From a bacterium (lineage in GTDB: Bacteria > Patescibacteriota > JABMPQ01 > JBDRIV01): a DNA stretch of 64,000 bases. How positions within the stretch are numbered: position 1 is the first letter of the stretch; each line of letters opens with the position of its first letter. Under the pieces are notes generated by a model. That model worked only from the letters and a program-made list of their open reading frames with translations. It was not told the origin of the DNA and did not search any database. The stretch is taken from contig JBDRIV010000002.1 in assembly GCA_043815505.1 (NCBI GenBank), forward strand, positions 182,943 to 246,942, read 5' to 3'. This document shows, piece after piece, positions 10,685 through 21,101 of the stretch. A program made the translations under genes and the position numbers.

Positions 10685-11263
10685 ATGCCAATACTAAATC
10701 AAGAAGAATTCACCGGTGATATGCCACCAAAGGGTACGCAAACTAACCCTGTTTTGGTAGTTATTTTTGTGGTTATTGCCATTATTTTAGGTGGTGCATT
10801 AGCAGGGGCTTTTTTGCTTAAAGCAAGGCAAAACAACGAATTGGAAAGACTGGATACAAGACAAGCTGAAATTGTAAATCAAGCCAGCTCCATTGAAGAT
10901 ACAATTGCTGAAGCCCAAACCCTACAAAGTAAATTACAAATGGTTAAGGATATGTTGGATACTCACATTCATTGGACAAATTTCTTTGCCATGATTGAGA
11001 GATCAACCCTTACCGACACTTATATTGAAGCAGTTCAATTAAGCGACAGCACAAACAAGTTGGGGATAAGTGGACACACCAAGAGTTTTGATAGTGTGGC
11101 TGAGCAGGTTAAGGCTTACGAAACTGACAAAGAAATTGATGAATTTGATTTAGAAAGTGCTAAAGTAAATATTGGTGAAGATGCTGGAGTTTATATTGTT
11201 GATTTTACCGGGACACTAACTTATAACGAAGCACTAATTTATAATTTAAATAATACAGAATAA
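10685..11263 (+). CDS. PilN-like bitopic pilus alignment protein
   Basis: Short cytoplasmic N-terminus, one TM helix (VLVVIFVVIAIILGGALAGAFLL), then a coiled periplasmic part. It lies immediately after pilM. Confidence 0.5.
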   Translation: MPILNQEEFTGDMPPKGTQTNPVLVVIFVVIAIILGGALAGAFLLKARQNNELERLDTRQAEIVNQASSIEDTIAEAQTLQSKLQMVKDMLDTHIHWTNFFAMIERSTLTDTYIEAVQLSDSTNKLGISGHTKSFDSVAEQVKAYETDKEIDEFDLESAKVNIGEDAGVYIVDFTGTLTYNEALIYNLNNTE

Positions 11264-11964
11264 TGGCAAACAACGATGGTTTAAAAATGGTTTCTGGATA
11301 TGGAAATTTAATCTACGGTGTTCTAATTGTGGTCTTACTTATTGGTGGCTATTTTTTGCTTAAACCACAATACAATTCTTATCAGGAAAACGAAACAGCC
11401 ATCGAAGAAAAAACGGCCGTAGTAGAAAGTCAGGATAAAATATATCAAGATATGATTCGCCTTAAAAAGCAGTATGAAAGTGTTTCAACTAAAGCAGTTG
11501 CCGAATTAACCAACTTTTTACCAGAAGAAGACTTGGCTGAAGAAACCATGTTAAAACTGGACGGGATTGCTACTGACAATAGTATGTTAATTTCCGATTA
11601 TGGTTTCACCAAAGAAATCGTAGTTGATAATAGTTCCAGTGATTCAACAGAAGCCACAGCAACTTTAGACAACGATTTAGAGGATGATTTATTATTGGAA
11701 GAAACAACAACAGAAATCATCACCACTGAATACAAAGAAAAAAGTTTAGCCCAATTATCATTAAGTCTTACAGCAGAAGGTTCATACGAAAACTTCAAAA
11801 ACTTCTTATCAGAAATTCAGGACAATTTAAGACTTTATGAAATATCTTCTTTTACCTTTGCTGAAAGTTCAACTGAAGAAAATGTAACAGGTGTTTATAC
11901 CTATCAAATTAATCTTTACACATATTATTTAACTGACGAAGAAATAACAGCTTCAGCAAAATAA
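11263..11964 (+). CDS. PilO-like bitopic pilus alignment protein
   Basis: One TM helix (LIYGVLIVVLLIGGYFLL) followed by a coiled region. Its start overlaps the upstream stop. Confidence 0.45.
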   Translation: MANNDGLKMVSGYGNLIYGVLIVVLLIGGYFLLKPQYNSYQENETAIEEKTAVVESQDKIYQDMIRLKKQYESVSTKAVAELTNFLPEEDLAEETMLKLDGIATDNSMLISDYGFTKEIVVDNSSSDSTEATATLDNDLEDDLLLEETTTEIITTEYKEKSLAQLSLSLTAEGSYENFKNFLSEIQDNLRLYEISSFTFAESSTEENVTGVYTYQINLYTYYLTDEEITASAK

Positions 11965-12275
11965 TGAATATTTATAGCAATAAACAATCACAAAAAGGAG
12001 TATCTAGGCAGGTTATACTGGTTGTAATTTTAATTGTGTTAATTGTTGGTTTTGGCTTTTTTTGGTATTTCACATCCCGAGAAGGAGGATTTAGTTTATT
12101 TTCATCAAGTGAAGATGAATTTTTGGGAACAAAAACAGAAATTCGTTTAGCACCAATTGATGCCAATTTAAATGATGGTGTATTAGATGATGAAAGATTT
12201 AAAGCTCTAAAAGAAGGCGAAGACATTAAAATTGAAGTGGGCGAAACTGGCAGAGACAATCCTTTTGTACAATAA
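11964..12275 (+). CDS. Small membrane-anchored protein in the pilus operon
   Basis: 103-aa protein with a TM helix (VILVVILIVLIVGFGFFWYF). It is translationally coupled to the upstream gene. Confidence 0.4.
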   Translation: MNIYSNKQSQKGVSRQVILVVILIVLIVGFGFFWYFTSREGGFSLFSSSEDEFLGTKTEIRLAPIDANLNDGVLDDERFKALKEGEDIKIEVGETGRDNPFVQ

Positions 12276-12329
12276 AAGCAGCTCAAAGATTAAAAACAAG
12301 AGTTAGCTTTTGGAATTTGATCTACTTTT

Positions 12330-14195
12330 ATGTCTAATACAAATAGTAATTCAAAAAACCTGGCCAGCATTTTGCTGGCCCGTGGTAATATTACCCAGGC
12401 TCAACATGACGAGTTTTTGAAAGAGGCGGAAAAGCCCAACATTTCTCTAACTCAGTTAATTAAGGAGTCTGGTTTTGTGCAACCACGCGATTATGCTGAA
12501 GCTAGAGCCGAACTTTTGGAAATTCCTTTTATGGATTTACAAGGCAAACAATTGACTGACGATATTTTAAGTCTCATACCTTATGACGTGGCTTCTAATT
12601 ATCAGTTAGTTCCTTTTGATATTAAGAACAAGGTAATGAAAATAGCCATGCTTGATCCGGAAAATTTTAAAGCTATTGAAGCTTTAGAATTTGTTACCAA
12701 AAATAGTGGCTATGACACAGAAATTTATCTAACATACAAAGACAGTTACGAATTTGTAATTAAACAATACGCCAGCTTAAAATCAGAAATTGGCCAAGCT
12801 TTAGCTAATGCTGACATTGGTTTTAGCAAAACAAAAAAAGAAAAAGAAGCGGATAAAGAACAAATTGATATTACCGAACGTGACAAAGAATTGGAAAAAG
12901 TTATTCAGGAAGCACCAATTTCTAAAGCTGTGGCTGTTATTCTGCGTCACGCAGTTGATGGTCGTGCTTCTGATATTCATATCGAACCCATGGAAGATGA
13001 ATCTAAGGTTCGTTATCGTGTTGATGGTGTTTTGCATTCAACTTTAAAACTTCCTAAAGAAGTTCACTCGGCTATAATTTCTCGCATAAAAATTCTTTCC
13101 AATTTGAGAATTGATGAACAAAGAGTTCCCCAAGATGGTCGTTTTCGTTCTATAATTGATGGTAAAGACATTGACTTTCGTGTTTCCACTTTACCAATTG
13201 TAAATGGTGAAAAAGTGGTAATGCGTATTTTGGACAAATCGGAAGGTATTAAATCTTTGGAAGATCTGGGACTTTATGGTCGCGAACTAAAAATTATTCA
13301 GGAAAGTTCCAAAACTCCCCACGGAACAATTTTGGTTACTGGACCAACTGGTTCTGGTAAATCCACCACCCTTTATTCCGTGCTTTCAATTTTAAATGCA
13401 GAAGGTGTAAATATAATTACTTTGGAAGATCCAGTCGAATATTTTATTCCGGGAATAAATCAATCACAAATTCGTCCCGAAGTTGGTTTAAGTTTTGCTT
13501 CTGGTTTGCGTTCCATTTTACGTCAGGATCCAGACATTATAATGGTCGGTGAGATTCGCGATAATGAAACTGCAGAAATGGCTGTACACGCTGCTCTAAC
13601 TGGTCACTTAGTGCTTTCAACTCTACACACCAACAATGCTATTGGTGCCATTCCCCGTTTAATAGACATGGACATTGAACCTTTCTTATTAACAGCTGCT
13701 TTAACGGTAGTTTTGGCCCAACGTTTGGTAAGAAGCATATGTGATGGTTGCAAAGAAGAAATAGAAATTCCAGGCAATTTTAAATCAGAATTTGAAAAAG
13801 AAATTGAAGATATTAAAAAGGTCAGTCGCAAAGATATAAAAATTCCGAAAATGCGCATGTTTAAAGGAAAAGGTTGCCCTAAATGTGGTGGGCAAGGTTA
13901 CAAAGGTAGAATTGGAATTTTTGAGGTTTTACCCGTTACGCAAGCAATTCGCGATCTGATGGTTACTAATGCGACAGAAGATGCTATAATGGAGAAAGCT
14001 GTAGAAGAAGGATTTTTGAATATGAAGCAAAATGGTATATTGAAAGTATTTCAAGGATTGACTACAATGGAAGAGATAATACGTGTTACCAAAGCCGAAG
14101 AGGAGGATATAACAACAAATTTGCAGGAGGAAGCAAAAGAAAAACCATTAATAACACAAAATGGCGGAGAAGAAGCAACCTCTAAAGAACAATAA
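12330..14195 (+). CDS. pilB: Type IV pilus assembly ATPase PilB (GspE family)
   Basis: N-terminal GSPII_E N-domain, Walker A GPTGSGKSTTLYS, and a tetracysteine zinc motif (CDGCKEE...CPKCGG). Confidence 0.9.
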   Translation: MSNTNSNSKNLASILLARGNITQAQHDEFLKEAEKPNISLTQLIKESGFVQPRDYAEARAELLEIPFMDLQGKQLTDDILSLIPYDVASNYQLVPFDIKNKVMKIAMLDPENFKAIEALEFVTKNSGYDTEIYLTYKDSYEFVIKQYASLKSEIGQALANADIGFSKTKKEKEADKEQIDITERDKELEKVIQEAPISKAVAVILRHAVDGRASDIHIEPMEDESKVRYRVDGVLHSTLKLPKEVHSAIISRIKILSNLRIDEQRVPQDGRFRSIIDGKDIDFRVSTLPIVNGEKVVMRILDKSEGIKSLEDLGLYGRELKIIQESSKTPHGTILVTGPTGSGKSTTLYSVLSILNAEGVNIITLEDPVEYFIPGINQSQIRPEVGLSFASGLRSILRQDPDIIMVGEIRDNETAEMAVHAALTGHLVLSTLHTNNAIGAIPRLIDMDIEPFLLTAALTVVLAQRLVRSICDGCKEEIEIPGNFKSEFEKEIEDIKKVSRKDIKIPKMRMFKGKGCPKCGGQGYKGRIGIFEVLPVTQAIRDLMVTNATEDAIMEKAVEEGFLNMKQNGILKVFQGLTTMEEIIRVTKAEEEDITTNLQEEAKEKPLITQNGGEEATSKEQ

Positions 14196-14565
14196 TAAAA
14201 TTAAAATTGTTATTGTTGAAGATGATCCATTTCTATTGGGTATGTATGTTACCAAATTGGAAATGACTGGATTCGATGTGTCCGGAGTTGAAGACGGCAA
14301 AGAAGCTGTACCGATGGTAGAAAAAGAAATGCCGGATTTAGTCCTTTTGGATATAATTTTACCAAATGTTGATGGTTTCGAAATTTTAAAAAAATTGAAA
14401 AAACAAGATTCCACTAAAGATATTCCCATAATTATTTTCACCAATCTTGGTCAGCAAGCAGATGTTGAAAAGGGGTTAGAACTAGGAGCGGTGGATTATT
14501 TAATCAAAGCCCATTTCACACCATCAGAAGTTATTGAAAAAGTAAATAGAATAATTAAAAAATAA
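14161..14565 (+). CDS. Single-domain CheY-like response regulator receiver
   Basis: The sequence IKIVIVEDDPFLLGMYVTKL...LVLLDIILPNVDGFEILKKLKK...IPIIIFTNLG...DYLIK is a REC-domain pattern. There is no output domain. It overlaps the pilB 3' end by 35 nt in another frame, so the true start is uncertain. Confidence 0.75.
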   Translation: MAEKKQPLKNNNKIKIVIVEDDPFLLGMYVTKLEMTGFDVSGVEDGKEAVPMVEKEMPDLVLLDIILPNVDGFEILKKLKKQDSTKDIPIIIFTNLGQQADVEKGLELGAVDYLIKAHFTPSEVIEKVNRIIKK

Positions 14566-14576
14566 AATCAAAACAC

Positions 14577-15656
14577 ATGTCAACCAAAGGAATTTTTGCT
14601 GGTGCATCCATCAGTGAATATTTAACAAATGTTGCAAAAAAAGGCGCTTCCGATTTACATATTAATGTTGGTAAGCCTCCTGTTTATCGTATTGACGATG
14701 AGTTAGTTCAGGGTAATTCTCCTGTGCTCACTCCCGATCAAACTAAAGACTTGCTTTTTCATTTGCTTTCACCCGATCAACTAAAACGTCTAGAAAAAGA
14801 AAAAGAATTGGATTTTGCTTATTGTCATGAAGATAAGTTGCGTTTTCGTGCCAATGTTTATTATCAAAGCGGATATTTGTCTGGAGCTTTTCGATTAATT
14901 CCCAATGAAATTAAAACTTTGGAACAATTGAATTTACCTCAAGTTTTAGCAAAATTTCCCGAACACCAACAAGGTTTTGTTTTATGCGTTGGTCCGATGG
15001 GACATGGTAAATCAACTACGTTGGCTTCTTTAATTAATATGATTAACAAAAATCGCAACGACCATATTGTTACCATTGAAGATCCAATTGAATATGTTTT
15101 TACGCCAGAGAAATGTATAATTGATCAACGAGAATTGTATCGCGATACCAATTCTTTTCCCCGCGCCTTAAAATCTGTTTTGCGTGAAGATACCGACGTC
15201 GTTATGGTTGGGGAAATGCGTGATTTGGAAACTATGGCAGCAGCTGTAACGTTAGCAGAAACTGGTCATTTAGTTTTTTCAACTCTTCACACTAACGATG
15301 CTCCCCAAGCTATTGATAGAATAATTGATGCTTTTCCTCCTCATCAGCAAAACCAAATTAGAATGCAAATCGCTAATACTTTATTAGGTGTAATTTCTCA
15401 ACGCTTGATTCCGCGTATTGGTGGTGGCAGAATCGCTGCTCTAGAAATTATGATGAGTAACGCCGCCGTTAGAAACCTGATTCGCGAAAACAAAGTTCAC
15501 CAAATAAAATCTGTTATTCAAACATCGGCTGAAGAAGATATGATTTCTATGGACAAATCACTGGCTAATTTGGTGGCCAGCGGTGATATTCAAATGGAAG
15601 ATGCTCTAGCCTTTACAACTGATCAAAGGAATTTTGAATTATTAATGAAGGATTAA
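14577..15656 (+). CDS. pilT: Twitching-motility retraction ATPase PilT
   Basis: Walker A GPMGHGKSTT. Size is 359 aa. It matches the PilT/PilU family over its whole length. Confidence 0.85.
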   Translation: MSTKGIFAGASISEYLTNVAKKGASDLHINVGKPPVYRIDDELVQGNSPVLTPDQTKDLLFHLLSPDQLKRLEKEKELDFAYCHEDKLRFRANVYYQSGYLSGAFRLIPNEIKTLEQLNLPQVLAKFPEHQQGFVLCVGPMGHGKSTTLASLINMINKNRNDHIVTIEDPIEYVFTPEKCIIDQRELYRDTNSFPRALKSVLREDTDVVMVGEMRDLETMAAAVTLAETGHLVFSTLHTNDAPQAIDRIIDAFPPHQQNQIRMQIANTLLGVISQRLIPRIGGGRIAALEIMMSNAAVRNLIRENKVHQIKSVIQTSAEEDMISMDKSLANLVASGDIQMEDALAFTTDQRNFELLMKD

Positions 15657-16867
15657 TGCCCGTATTTGCTTATCAAGGAAGAGATTCCGAAGGAAAAATT
15701 AAAGCGGGGAAAATTGACGCTTCCTCACCCAAGGCTGCTAGAGAGCAACTACAAGGTCGAGGTATTATAATAACTGCTTTGCAATTGCAAAGTACGGAAA
15801 ATTTTAAGGATGGTTTGGAAAAAATATTAAATCGCGTTAAAGGAAAAGATATAGCCGCTTTTGCCAGACAATTTGCCACCATGATTGAAGCTGGCTTACC
15901 TCTGGTGCAGGCAATTAATGTATTACGCGATCAAACCGACAACCCCTATTTTAAAAGAGTTATTCAACAAATAGTCATTGATATTGAAGGCGGTACTAAA
16001 TTATCGGTGGCGATGCAACAGTATCCCAATATTTTTACAGAGTTTTTTATCGCTTTAATTAGAACTGGTGAAACTTCCGGACGTTTATCAGAAGTTTTAG
16101 TTTATTTAGCTGATCAACTGGAAAGAGACGAAATGATAAAATCCGAAATTAGAGGCGCTCTTACTTATCCTATATTTATTTTTTCTGTCATGATTGTTAT
16201 GGGAATGTATGTTTTTATAGCTATTATTCCCCAGCTAGAAGATGTTTTAACTCAAGGCGGGGTGGAATTGCCGATTCAAACAAAAATAATGGTTGCCATT
16301 TCTCATGTATTAGCTTCTTGGTGGTGGCTAATCATTATTGGTTTGGTTATTAGTGTTTCTATGATTGTTTATTACATTCGCCGAACAATAACTGGTAGAA
16401 CGCAATGGGATGCCTTAAAATTACACCTCCCAATTTCCGGCAAGTTTTCCACTCAACTTTATATGGCCAGATTTGGCAGAAGTTTATCCACCTTGTTGAT
16501 TGGTGGCCTTTCCATTGTGCAGGCAATTATTATTGTTTCTGATGTGGTTAACAATGTAATTTACAAAAACATATTTTTAGATGCAGCTAACAAAGTAAAA
16601 AATGGTGATTCCATTACCGATTCTTTTAAAGGTAAGAAAGAAATTCCTAATTTGGTAACGCAATTGGTGAACGTAGGTGAAAAAACAGGGCGCTTATCCG
16701 ATGTGTTAAAAAAACTGGCAGATTTTTATGAAGATTCTGTAACGCGAGCCATTAAGAATATGGTAAAGTTAATTGAACCGTTTCTAATTGCTCTAATTGG
16801 TGTAGCGATTGGGTTTGTAGTAATTTCGATTATTCAGCCTATTTATTCCATCAGTTCCGCTTTTTAA
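15656..16867 (+). CDS. pilC: Type IV pilus inner-membrane platform protein PilC (GspF family)
   Basis: 403 aa with a duplicated T2SF-type domain and three TM regions. Its start overlaps the pilT stop. Confidence 0.85.
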   Translation: MPVFAYQGRDSEGKIKAGKIDASSPKAAREQLQGRGIIITALQLQSTENFKDGLEKILNRVKGKDIAAFARQFATMIEAGLPLVQAINVLRDQTDNPYFKRVIQQIVIDIEGGTKLSVAMQQYPNIFTEFFIALIRTGETSGRLSEVLVYLADQLERDEMIKSEIRGALTYPIFIFSVMIVMGMYVFIAIIPQLEDVLTQGGVELPIQTKIMVAISHVLASWWWLIIIGLVISVSMIVYYIRRTITGRTQWDALKLHLPISGKFSTQLYMARFGRSLSTLLIGGLSIVQAIIIVSDVVNNVIYKNIFLDAANKVKNGDSITDSFKGKKEIPNLVTQLVNVGEKTGRLSDVLKKLADFYEDSVTRAIKNMVKLIEPFLIALIGVAIGFVVISIIQPIYSISSAF

Positions 16868-16944
16868 AATAAACAAGTGTACAAAACATTAAATATTTGC
16901 TATAATATAATAAAATCTACTCATCGAAAGGAGGTGAGAAAAAA

Positions 16945-17382
16945 ATGAAAAACAAAAAAGTTATGGGTTTTACCCTTATTGAGCTCTTGGTAGTTATCGC
17001 TATCATCGCTATTCTCGCCGCTGTTGTGTTGGTTGCTTTAGGAAACGCTCGTGCTGGCGCTCGTGATGCATCACGCAAGAGCGATCTTAATTCAATGATG
17101 ACGGCTGCTGAATTGTATCTTACAGGTGATTCTGCGCCAACCTACGCTTCTTTAGCTGCCAATGATTGTGGTGCTGCTGGAACATATTTATGTGATTTAG
17201 ATGGTTTAGTTGTTTGTGAAGGTTTAGCATTTCAAACCTATTTGGCAAAAATTCCTGCAGATCCCGGTGGAACACTTCACTACGGTTGCACAGTTACTGC
17301 CAATGATTATACTTTAACAGCGCAACTTGAAGGAGATGGTAATTGGGCATGTAAAAATGGAAGTTGTTATGCAACACCATAA
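16945..17382 (+). CDS. Type IV pilin (major pilin candidate)
   Basis: Class-III signal with leader MKNKKVMG, then [24 protein letters not shown]. Two Cys pairs are near the C-terminus. A Shine-Dalgarno sequence (aaaggaggtgag) and an extended -10 (tgctataat, 16898-16906) lie upstream. Confidence 0.9.
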   Translation: MKNKKVMGFTLIELLVVIAIIAILAAVVLVALGNARAGARDASRKSDLNSMMTAAELYLTGDSAPTYASLAANDCGAAGTYLCDLDGLVVCEGLAFQTYLAKIPADPGGTLHYGCTVTANDYTLTAQLEGDGNWACKNGSCYATP

Positions 17383-17401
17383 ATTTGATTGAAATAATTA
17401 A

Positions 17402-17435
17402 AGAAAGTCCTTAAAAAGGGCTTTCTTTTTTTTGC
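17402..17435 (+). terminator. Rho-independent terminator after the first pilin
   Basis: Stem gaaagtcc...gggctttc followed by tttttttt. Confidence 0.65.
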
Positions 17436-17473
17436 AATTATTGTATAATTAATATATAATTAACTTTCTAATT

Positions 17474-18064
17474 ATGCTAATAAACAAACATAAAAACAGA
17501 AAAATTATGGGTTTTACCCTTATTGAGCTCTTGGTAGTTATTGCTATCATCGCTATTCTCGCCGCCGTTGTGTTGGTAGCTGTTGGCAATGCAAGAGAAA
17601 GAGCTAGGGATGCTAAACGTAAGGCTGATCTGGTTGAAGTTTCTAAAGCTATTGAACTTTTTAGGAATTCAGCAGAAACAGATGAATTATTAAACAGACT
17701 TATTCCTGATGGTACTAATTGTGAAAATGCCGATTCAGAAATTTTGTGTGATGGTGACAGAGAGATACGATATCCTGGTGGTTCTAATGAATATTATAGA
17801 CCAATGTGTAACTCGTATTCTTCTGGTAGTGTAGACACTCCAAAAAGTTTTGGTATAAATGGAGGAGAAACTTTTTTAGAACAAATACCTGTTGACCCTA
17901 ACAACGTTTGGGTATCATTACACAGAGAAGCGTATCTGTGTAAGACGGGGACGGGAGTAGGAGACACAATTTTTGATAATAATGGAAATTATAACATTCT
18001 CGTTCTTGACTTAGAAAGTGGCGGTGGCGGTCGGTTTGCATGCAGTAACGGTGGTTGCGAATAA
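17474..18064 (+). CDS. Second type IV pilin, whose first ~25 codons are near-identical to the first pilin
   Basis: [37 protein letters not shown]. About 75 nt of 5' coding DNA is ~97% identical to 16963-17037. Confidence 0.85.
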   Translation: MLINKHKNRKIMGFTLIELLVVIAIIAILAAVVLVAVGNARERARDAKRKADLVEVSKAIELFRNSAETDELLNRLIPDGTNCENADSEILCDGDREIRYPGGSNEYYRPMCNSYSSGSVDTPKSFGINGGETFLEQIPVDPNNVWVSLHREAYLCKTGTGVGDTIFDNNGNYNILVLDLESGGGGRFACSNGGCE

Positions 18065-18378
18065 AAATGAACATATTTGTTAATAATAAGCGTTTACCAG
18101 CCTTAGTAATAATCTCCTCAATTCTCATACTAATACTTGGTGGATTGATTGCTTATCAATACTGGTATTTGCCAAAACAAACAACTCTTTTCTTTCAAAC
18201 TGAACCATCAGAAGCAACGGTTTATATAGACGGCAAACAAGTTGGTAAAACACCATATGAACAAGATATATGGAAAGGTGAACATACTATAAAATTGGAA
18301 AAAGACGACTTAGTTTATGAAGAAACAGAAAATTATGATCAGTTAATGTATAGTATAAATCGGGTTCTGACAGAATAA
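18055..18378 (+). CDS. Small membrane-anchored PEGA-like domain protein
   Basis: TM helix ([21 protein letters not shown]), then [38 protein letters not shown], which is PEGA-like. Confidence 0.45.
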   Translation: MRIKMNIFVNNKRLPALVIISSILILILGGLIAYQYWYLPKQTTLFFQTEPSEATVYIDGKQVGKTPYEQDIWKGEHTIKLEKDDLVYEETENYDQLMYSINRVLTE

Positions 18379-18387
18379 AAAAATCTT

Positions 18388-19218
18388 GTGGAGATATTAA
18401 ACGAATATAAAATACTAATAGCAATATTTATCTTCTTATTCGGACTCGGAATGGGAAGTTTTTTAAATGTGGTGATTTTCCGCGTACCAAAGAAAATTTC
18501 GGTAAATAAATCACGTTCTGCCTGCCCATATTGCCATCGCCAACTGACTTGGTATGACCTAATTCCTTTACTAAGTTTTCTGTTGCTTAAAGGGCGTTGT
18601 CGCTACTGCCAAAAGAAAATATCTTGGCAATATCCCATTGTCGAATTTATTACCGCTACATTGTTTGTAGTTTTATTTCTTTTTCCACCACTAAACGGAA
18701 CCAGTCAGATTTTTGATTTAGTATACTTATTTGCAATTTGCTCTTTGCTTTTAGCTCTCTTCGTGATTGATTTAAAAACCTATTTGCTCCCGAATGTTCT
18801 AACATTTTTAGGAATTGCTATTTCTATAATTTATTTGTTGATAGAAGATATTATTTTATTTGCCAATCAAACAAATATAGAAATTTTAGACTGGCATATT
18901 GTAAATGGATTATTGGCAGCAATAATCGGCGGTGGCTTCTTTTGGATTTTATATTTCTTTTCCAAAGAGAAATGGATGGGCGGTGGCGATGTGAAGCTGG
19001 TAATTTTGATGGGATTATTTTTAGGATACCCAGTAATTCTAATTGCCTTGTTTATTGCCTTTTTTACCGGCGCTATTTTTGGTTTAGTTCTAATTGCGCT
19101 GGGAAAGAAGAAAATGAGCTCCAAAATACCATTTGGCACCTTTTTAGTACCAGGGACTCTAATCGCTTTATTCTACGGCCAAGCAGTAATTGATTGGTAT
19201 TTGGGGATGATTTTATAG
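18388..19218 (+). CDS. pilD: Prepilin peptidase PilD (A24 family)
   Basis: N-terminal CPYC...CRYC zinc motif and a polytopic membrane region containing the GGGDVKLV motif. Confidence 0.85.
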   Translation: MEILNEYKILIAIFIFLFGLGMGSFLNVVIFRVPKKISVNKSRSACPYCHRQLTWYDLIPLLSFLLLKGRCRYCQKKISWQYPIVEFITATLFVVLFLFPPLNGTSQIFDLVYLFAICSLLLALFVIDLKTYLLPNVLTFLGIAISIIYLLIEDIILFANQTNIEILDWHIVNGLLAAIIGGGFFWILYFFSKEKWMGGGDVKLVILMGLFLGYPVILIALFIAFFTGAIFGLVLIALGKKKMSSKIPFGTFLVPGTLIALFYGQAVIDWYLGMIL

Positions 19219-19270
19219 CCTAGGCAAAAGAACGATTTTATTGTAAAATAAAAGTACTTAGTTCCTCATT

Positions 19271-19921
19271 ATGGAAAAAAACAAAAAAACATCAAAAGGA
19301 TTTACACTCGTAGAATTACTCGTTTTTGTAGCTATTTTAGCTATCGTTTCAGTTACAGTTACAGTTTCTTATAGAGAAACTGCCAAAAAGGAATTTGTGT
19401 ATTCCGAAGCACAAAAATTAGCGCAATTCATTCGTAAAGCACAAAACAATACAGTTAATGGAATTGAGTGTGTGGAAGATCCTGTTTATGGAAATGGGCC
19501 AACCGCACCAAATTGTATTACAGACAAACCACCGGAATGGGGTTATGCTGTTTTGATTGATGAGTCACTTAGTAATATTGCACGAATGCGAGGAAATTTT
19601 GGTAATTCAGGGATTGTTGCCGAAGAAGATCCAATTGTTGAAGTTCTTACATTGGACACCGATACATCTCTGTCACCCGGATCTATTTCCAAAGGGGTTG
19701 TATTTGAAAGACCGTATGGGAATCCAATTTATCGGGGGAATCATGATCCTTGGATTGGTGATTGTGCCTACACTGTAGAATACGCTAATGATCCAAGAGA
19801 TTCCTATTATGTATATATTAATGGCGAATCAGGAAGAATATTTATAAGCGATGATCCAAGTTTAGAGCATGAGGCTTGTGATCCAGAATTTGGCGGAACA
19901 CTAAAAGATGGAGAAAAATAA
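19271..19921 (+). CDS. Minor pilin / pseudopilin
   Basis: KGFTLVELLVFVAILAIVSV prepilin motif. Confidence 0.75.
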   Translation: MEKNKKTSKGFTLVELLVFVAILAIVSVTVTVSYRETAKKEFVYSEAQKLAQFIRKAQNNTVNGIECVEDPVYGNGPTAPNCITDKPPEWGYAVLIDESLSNIARMRGNFGNSGIVAEEDPIVEVLTLDTDTSLSPGSISKGVVFERPYGNPIYRGNHDPWIGDCAYTVEYANDPRDSYYVYINGESGRIFISDDPSLEHEACDPEFGGTLKDGEK

Positions 19922-20495
19922 AAATAATATGATAACTTTTAAAAATAAAAAAGGATTTACATTAATTGAGGTTATGGTAGTAACCGTTGTTTTAGTTGTG
20001 GGGTTGCTCGGGATTTTAGGAATGTTGGTTTATTCTATTCGCGCCGGGGCGACCAGTCAGAATCGGGCGGTAGCAACCTATTTAGCCCAAGAAGGTTTAG
20101 AAGCTGTTAGAAATATTCGCGATACTAATGTTTTTATTGATGGACCTGAGGCTTGGGATGATAGTTTTAGTGAATCAGATGATGAAAGGTATTACAGAGT
20201 AGAATTTGATTTTAGTTCAAATCGTAAATGGTCATTAGTTGGTGGCGTAGGACCTACACAAAGGTTGAATGAAGCTGCTCCTCAAGCTGGATACAGACTA
20301 TATATAGATCCAGATTTGAATGGATATTGGAACCAAGGAAATACAACTGATGAACCAACAAATTTTTACCGTGAAATAGCTGTTGACAGAGATTCGGCTC
20401 AAGACTTACTTGAAGTAGTTTCTAAGGTTCTCTGGATTGATCAATACGGAACTCACACTATCAAAATGCAAGAAGATTTATATAATTGGTTTTAA
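19908..20495 (+). CDS. Minor pilin (PilV-like)
   Basis: KKGFTLIEVMVVTVVLVVGLLGILGML prepilin motif. Confidence 0.7.
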   Translation: MEKNKNNMITFKNKKGFTLIEVMVVTVVLVVGLLGILGMLVYSIRAGATSQNRAVATYLAQEGLEAVRNIRDTNVFIDGPEAWDDSFSESDDERYYRVEFDFSSNRKWSLVGGVGPTQRLNEAAPQAGYRLYIDPDLNGYWNQGNTTDEPTNFYREIAVDRDSAQDLLEVVSKVLWIDQYGTHTIKMQEDLYNWF

Positions 20496-21101
20496 ATGAA
20501 AAGTTTTAAGAAACAATTTGGTTTTTCAACTATGGAAATGCTCGTGGCAGTAACAATTTTTGCTATTGTTGTAACAGTTGTTACCTCAACTTTTATATGG
20601 ATAATTAGATCCAAAGAAAAAACTGAAACTTTAACTAAAGTTGAACAAGATGCCAGATTCACTCTAGACACTATTGCCAGAACTGTTAGAGAAAGATTTA
20701 TTGATTATAATGCTTATGCGGGCGGAGAAACTTCAGACACAATATGTAGTACAATAAATCTAGAGGATCCATCACAAAACCCGGTACAAATAATTTGTTT
20801 GCTAGGAGAAGAAAATAATTCCGATCCGTTTGTTATTCAATACAAACCGGAGGATAACGAAATAACTTATGGTTATGATCCAATTTTTGATATTATAACA
20901 CCAGAAGATATTGATATTACCAGTTTTTATGCTTACATATCTCCAACAAGTTCACCTTATTTTTTGGCCAATAATCCTCAAGGATCAATTACTATTGTAA
21001 TTGAAGCCACTGCTCCGAACTATCCTGACATGTCTAGTGAATCAGTTCACTTGCAAACTACCGTTTCCGCGCGCGATTATACACGAGCACCAAAAGAATG
21101 A
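20496..21101 (+). CDS. Minor pilin / pseudopilin with an atypical processing motif
   Basis: FGFSTMEMLVAVTIFAIVVTVV is a prepilin-like N-terminus, but it reads G-F-S-T-M-E where GFTLIE is canonical. Confidence 0.6.
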   Translation: MKSFKKQFGFSTMEMLVAVTIFAIVVTVVTSTFIWIIRSKEKTETLTKVEQDARFTLDTIARTVRERFIDYNAYAGGETSDTICSTINLEDPSQNPVQIICLLGEENNSDPFVIQYKPEDNEITYGYDPIFDIITPEDIDITSFYAYISPTSSPYFLANNPQGSITIVIEATAPNYPDMSSESVHLQTTVSARDYTRAPKE

